Source: Octopus bimaculoides (lineage: Eukaryota). Taken from it: a stretch of 64,000 nucleotides of DNA. The DNA is taken from the NCBI RefSeq assembly GCF_001194135.2, contig NC_068999.1, positions 32,392,693 to 32,456,692 on the forward strand. Reading direction: 5' to 3'. Below are positions 61,690-64,000 of the stretch, one piece after another (within the stretch, counting starts at the first letter, position 1; each line of letters begins with the position of its first letter). A program made the translations under genes and the position numbers. The notes beneath the pieces were generated by a model. That model was not told the origin of the DNA. It worked only from the letters and a program-made list of their open reading frames with translations, and did not search any database.

Positions 61690-62310
61690 CTAGTGCTGGT
61701 GGCATAAAAAATGCACACAGTACACTCTGTAAAGTGGTTGACGTTAGGAAAGGCAATCAACTTCAGAAGCTGTACCAAAGCTGGTATTGGAGCTGGTGGC
61801 TCAATGGATTATGTCAAACTGCTCAACCCAATCCAGCAAGGAAAATGGATGTTAAATGATGATATACACACATGCATGTGTGTGTGTGTGTGTGTGTGTG
61901 CATATGATGCCCTCATTTAATTTACATAGATTCACCCTACCTCTTTAAATATTTTAAAATAATTTATATTTTTGGTTTGTTTATTATTTAATGTAGGAAA
62001 TGCATAAAATTTAGTGCCTTAACATGTGTGCATTTACGTATGCATGCATGAATTGTTAAGGGGGAAAATCTGTGATGTCATGTGGGAATTCTAAAGGTTA
62101 AAGTTGTTCAAAAGTACAATGCTTTTTGTATTATTGTTTAATAATCTTTTTTTCATCATCATTGTCATCGTCGTTTAACATCCTCTTTCCATGCTGGTAT
62201 GGGTTGGACGGTTTGGCTGAGAACTGGCAAGCCGGGAGGTTGCACCAGGCTCCAATCTGATTTGGCAGGGTTTCTACACTTCAAGAGTGCTTTTTATGTG
62301 CACCGGCATG
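61690..62310. mobile_element. RTE 3' UTR fragments (+ 61690-61865; - 62150-62310)
   Basis: gtggttgacgttaggaaagg...ggatgttaaatgatgat and its reverse complement. Confidence 0.7.
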
Positions 62311-62329
62311 GATGATAATTCTTATTTCC

Positions 62330-64000
62330 TCAAATCATTGTGATCATCTCTTGTTTTCCGCTTGTGTCTCAGACTTCAAACCATGGTCCTTAGTTTATGC
62401 AAGGTAGATGTTATTTTGATGACAACACTCTCCATAATATATGTGCTGTTCATAGGAAGATTGGTCTTTTGAGTTCTTGTACAGTGATGCTTTATGAGAT
62501 TTTTGTTTTTGATAAAGTTTCGCTCTCACCCCCACTTTTTTAAAAATTTTATTAATTCATGTTCTTCAGTAACTACTGGTATGGTTTAGGTGGTCATGGC
62601 CTACATTCTGGAGATCTTAATGCCAGTGGTTTTTATATATCGGCAGTTGTTCTGTGAACTTAATTGTGGTGTTAGTCTGCTGGTATTGTTCTGTCAATCA
62701 TCATATAGGTTCTTTTGTCTTTGGTGTTTTTAATTATGATGTCAGGTTTGTTTTCTTTGATTTCCCTATCTGTCTGCACTGGCATGTCTTGTAGTATGGT
62801 AACATTATTATTCTTGGCAACTATTTCTGGTTTGCAGTTAAACCAACTTTCAGAGGATTTGAAGTGATATTCTCTGCAGATTTTCCAGTATAAGTATGCT
62901 GCTGTCTTGTCATAGCAGTAGATTTTTTTTTTTTTTTCTAAAACTGGGCAACCAGAAATGATGGAGTCAACAGTTTCTTTAAAGTATCAAAAGACCCATG
63001 TATCCCATACATTTTGTCTGTGCTGTGTTTGATGATGTGAGGTGGTATGACCTGCTACTAAGACTTTGAATTTCGGCTTTGATGATAAGGCCTTCATGCT
63101 TTTATTTTGTGTCCAGTACCTTTGAGCCACTGATCTGTCTGTTGTTGGTCAACATCTATCTCTTTAAACATATATTGGTATTTGCTATGCATGACTTATT
63201 CTTACCAAATTTTCCTTTTTGTTTGAGGCGATGTAGTTTTACCATTTGTTTTATTCTGTGGGCAAAAGATATTGTTGCCTTATTTTTATTTTATATTATT
63301 TCAGGGATATTCAGTTCTTGTGAGAATTTTCTTGACTCTTTCATGGTGATATATGATCATTTCCAGAAAGGGATCTTGTGAAGTCAAAAGGTAGAGGTGT
63401 ATTGGCCTATAGTGGTCATTTTGTAGGTTAGGGTTGTACTAAAATTCTGCTTCCTTCTGTTCATGGTGGGTAAATTCTATCAACATCTGACTTTGGGTGG
63501 CGCATTAAGGCTATTACCACCATGTTCCTTGTTTTAGTATCCAATTTTTCTATTTTTATTCATTGTCTGGTTTATGATGTTGAAACTATGTTACTATAGA
63601 TAACACTTCTGTTAGTCCAGGCGGTTAAATAAGTTGTTTTTTTTATTTGGCTTCTTGAAGTATGCATTTTTAATTATATGCAGCTGATCTTTTTGCACTC
63701 TTCTACATCCTTTCTGCTCTGTTGATGGCAGGTGATTGTTGATTAGGAAGGTGTAGGCCCACTCAGTGTTCTTAAAGGTAAGGATCTTTTACACTGCAGG
63801 TAATGGGTCTATGATACTGAGGGGCTTTGTGACCTCTTTCTTAGCAAACAGTTAAGTTATGCCTTGTGTTAGCCAATGCAGATAATCATATAGATATTTT
63901 TTCATGTGATTGTATACATTAGTTAGGTGTTGGCAGATTTTTTTCTATCCAGAAATTTGCAATTCCATTAAGCCCAGTTGCTGGTCTTTTTTTTTTATAG
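62330..64000 (-). mobile_element. Degenerate R4/Dong-clade (restriction-like endonuclease) non-LTR retrotransposon, internally deleted
   Basis: The minus strand shows RT N-terminal EQKGCRRVQKDQL, thumb IEKLDTKTRNM...HPKSDVDRIYPP*TEGSRIL, and RLE region YDKTAAYLYWKICREYH...KPEIVAKNNNVTILQDMPVQTDREIKENKPDIII...MIDRTIPAD, with many stops. Confidence 0.85.

Overview
AT-rich, microsatellite- and retroelement-dense animal genomic DNA with seven N gaps. It is most likely from an octopod cephalopod, which I infer from the repeat landscape and have not confirmed. There is no prokaryotic organisation, no CRISPR array and no rRNA or true tRNA genes. Almost every entry in the supplied ORF track is a microsatellite or low-complexity artefact. 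The only host coding element I recognise is a 19-nt first coding exon at 13663-13681 (+; MPVRKQ, then a phase-1 GT donor), matching the L27-type N-terminus of Discs large (dlg1/SAP97). I could not find the second L27 exon downstream, so most of 13.7-64 kb is probably one large intron, although the exon could lie in a gap. Two candidate alternative phase-1 first exons lie at 28150 and 41300. The rest is a mix of tRNA-derived SINEs (at least four families), LINE relics (RTE, CR1/L2 group, R4/Dong, Penelope), a maT-like Tc1/mariner relic and several MITE/foldback elements. The most interesting items are: (1) a Penelope-type cluster at 5.3-7.1 kb with an intact minimal hammerhead ribozyme core and a consensus intron between tandem repeats; (2) further decayed hammerhead cores; (3) two GG-terminated, 8-bp-TSD foldback elements that both carry a telomere-like motif near their centre; (4) several long inverted-repeat structures inside the putative dlg1 intron.
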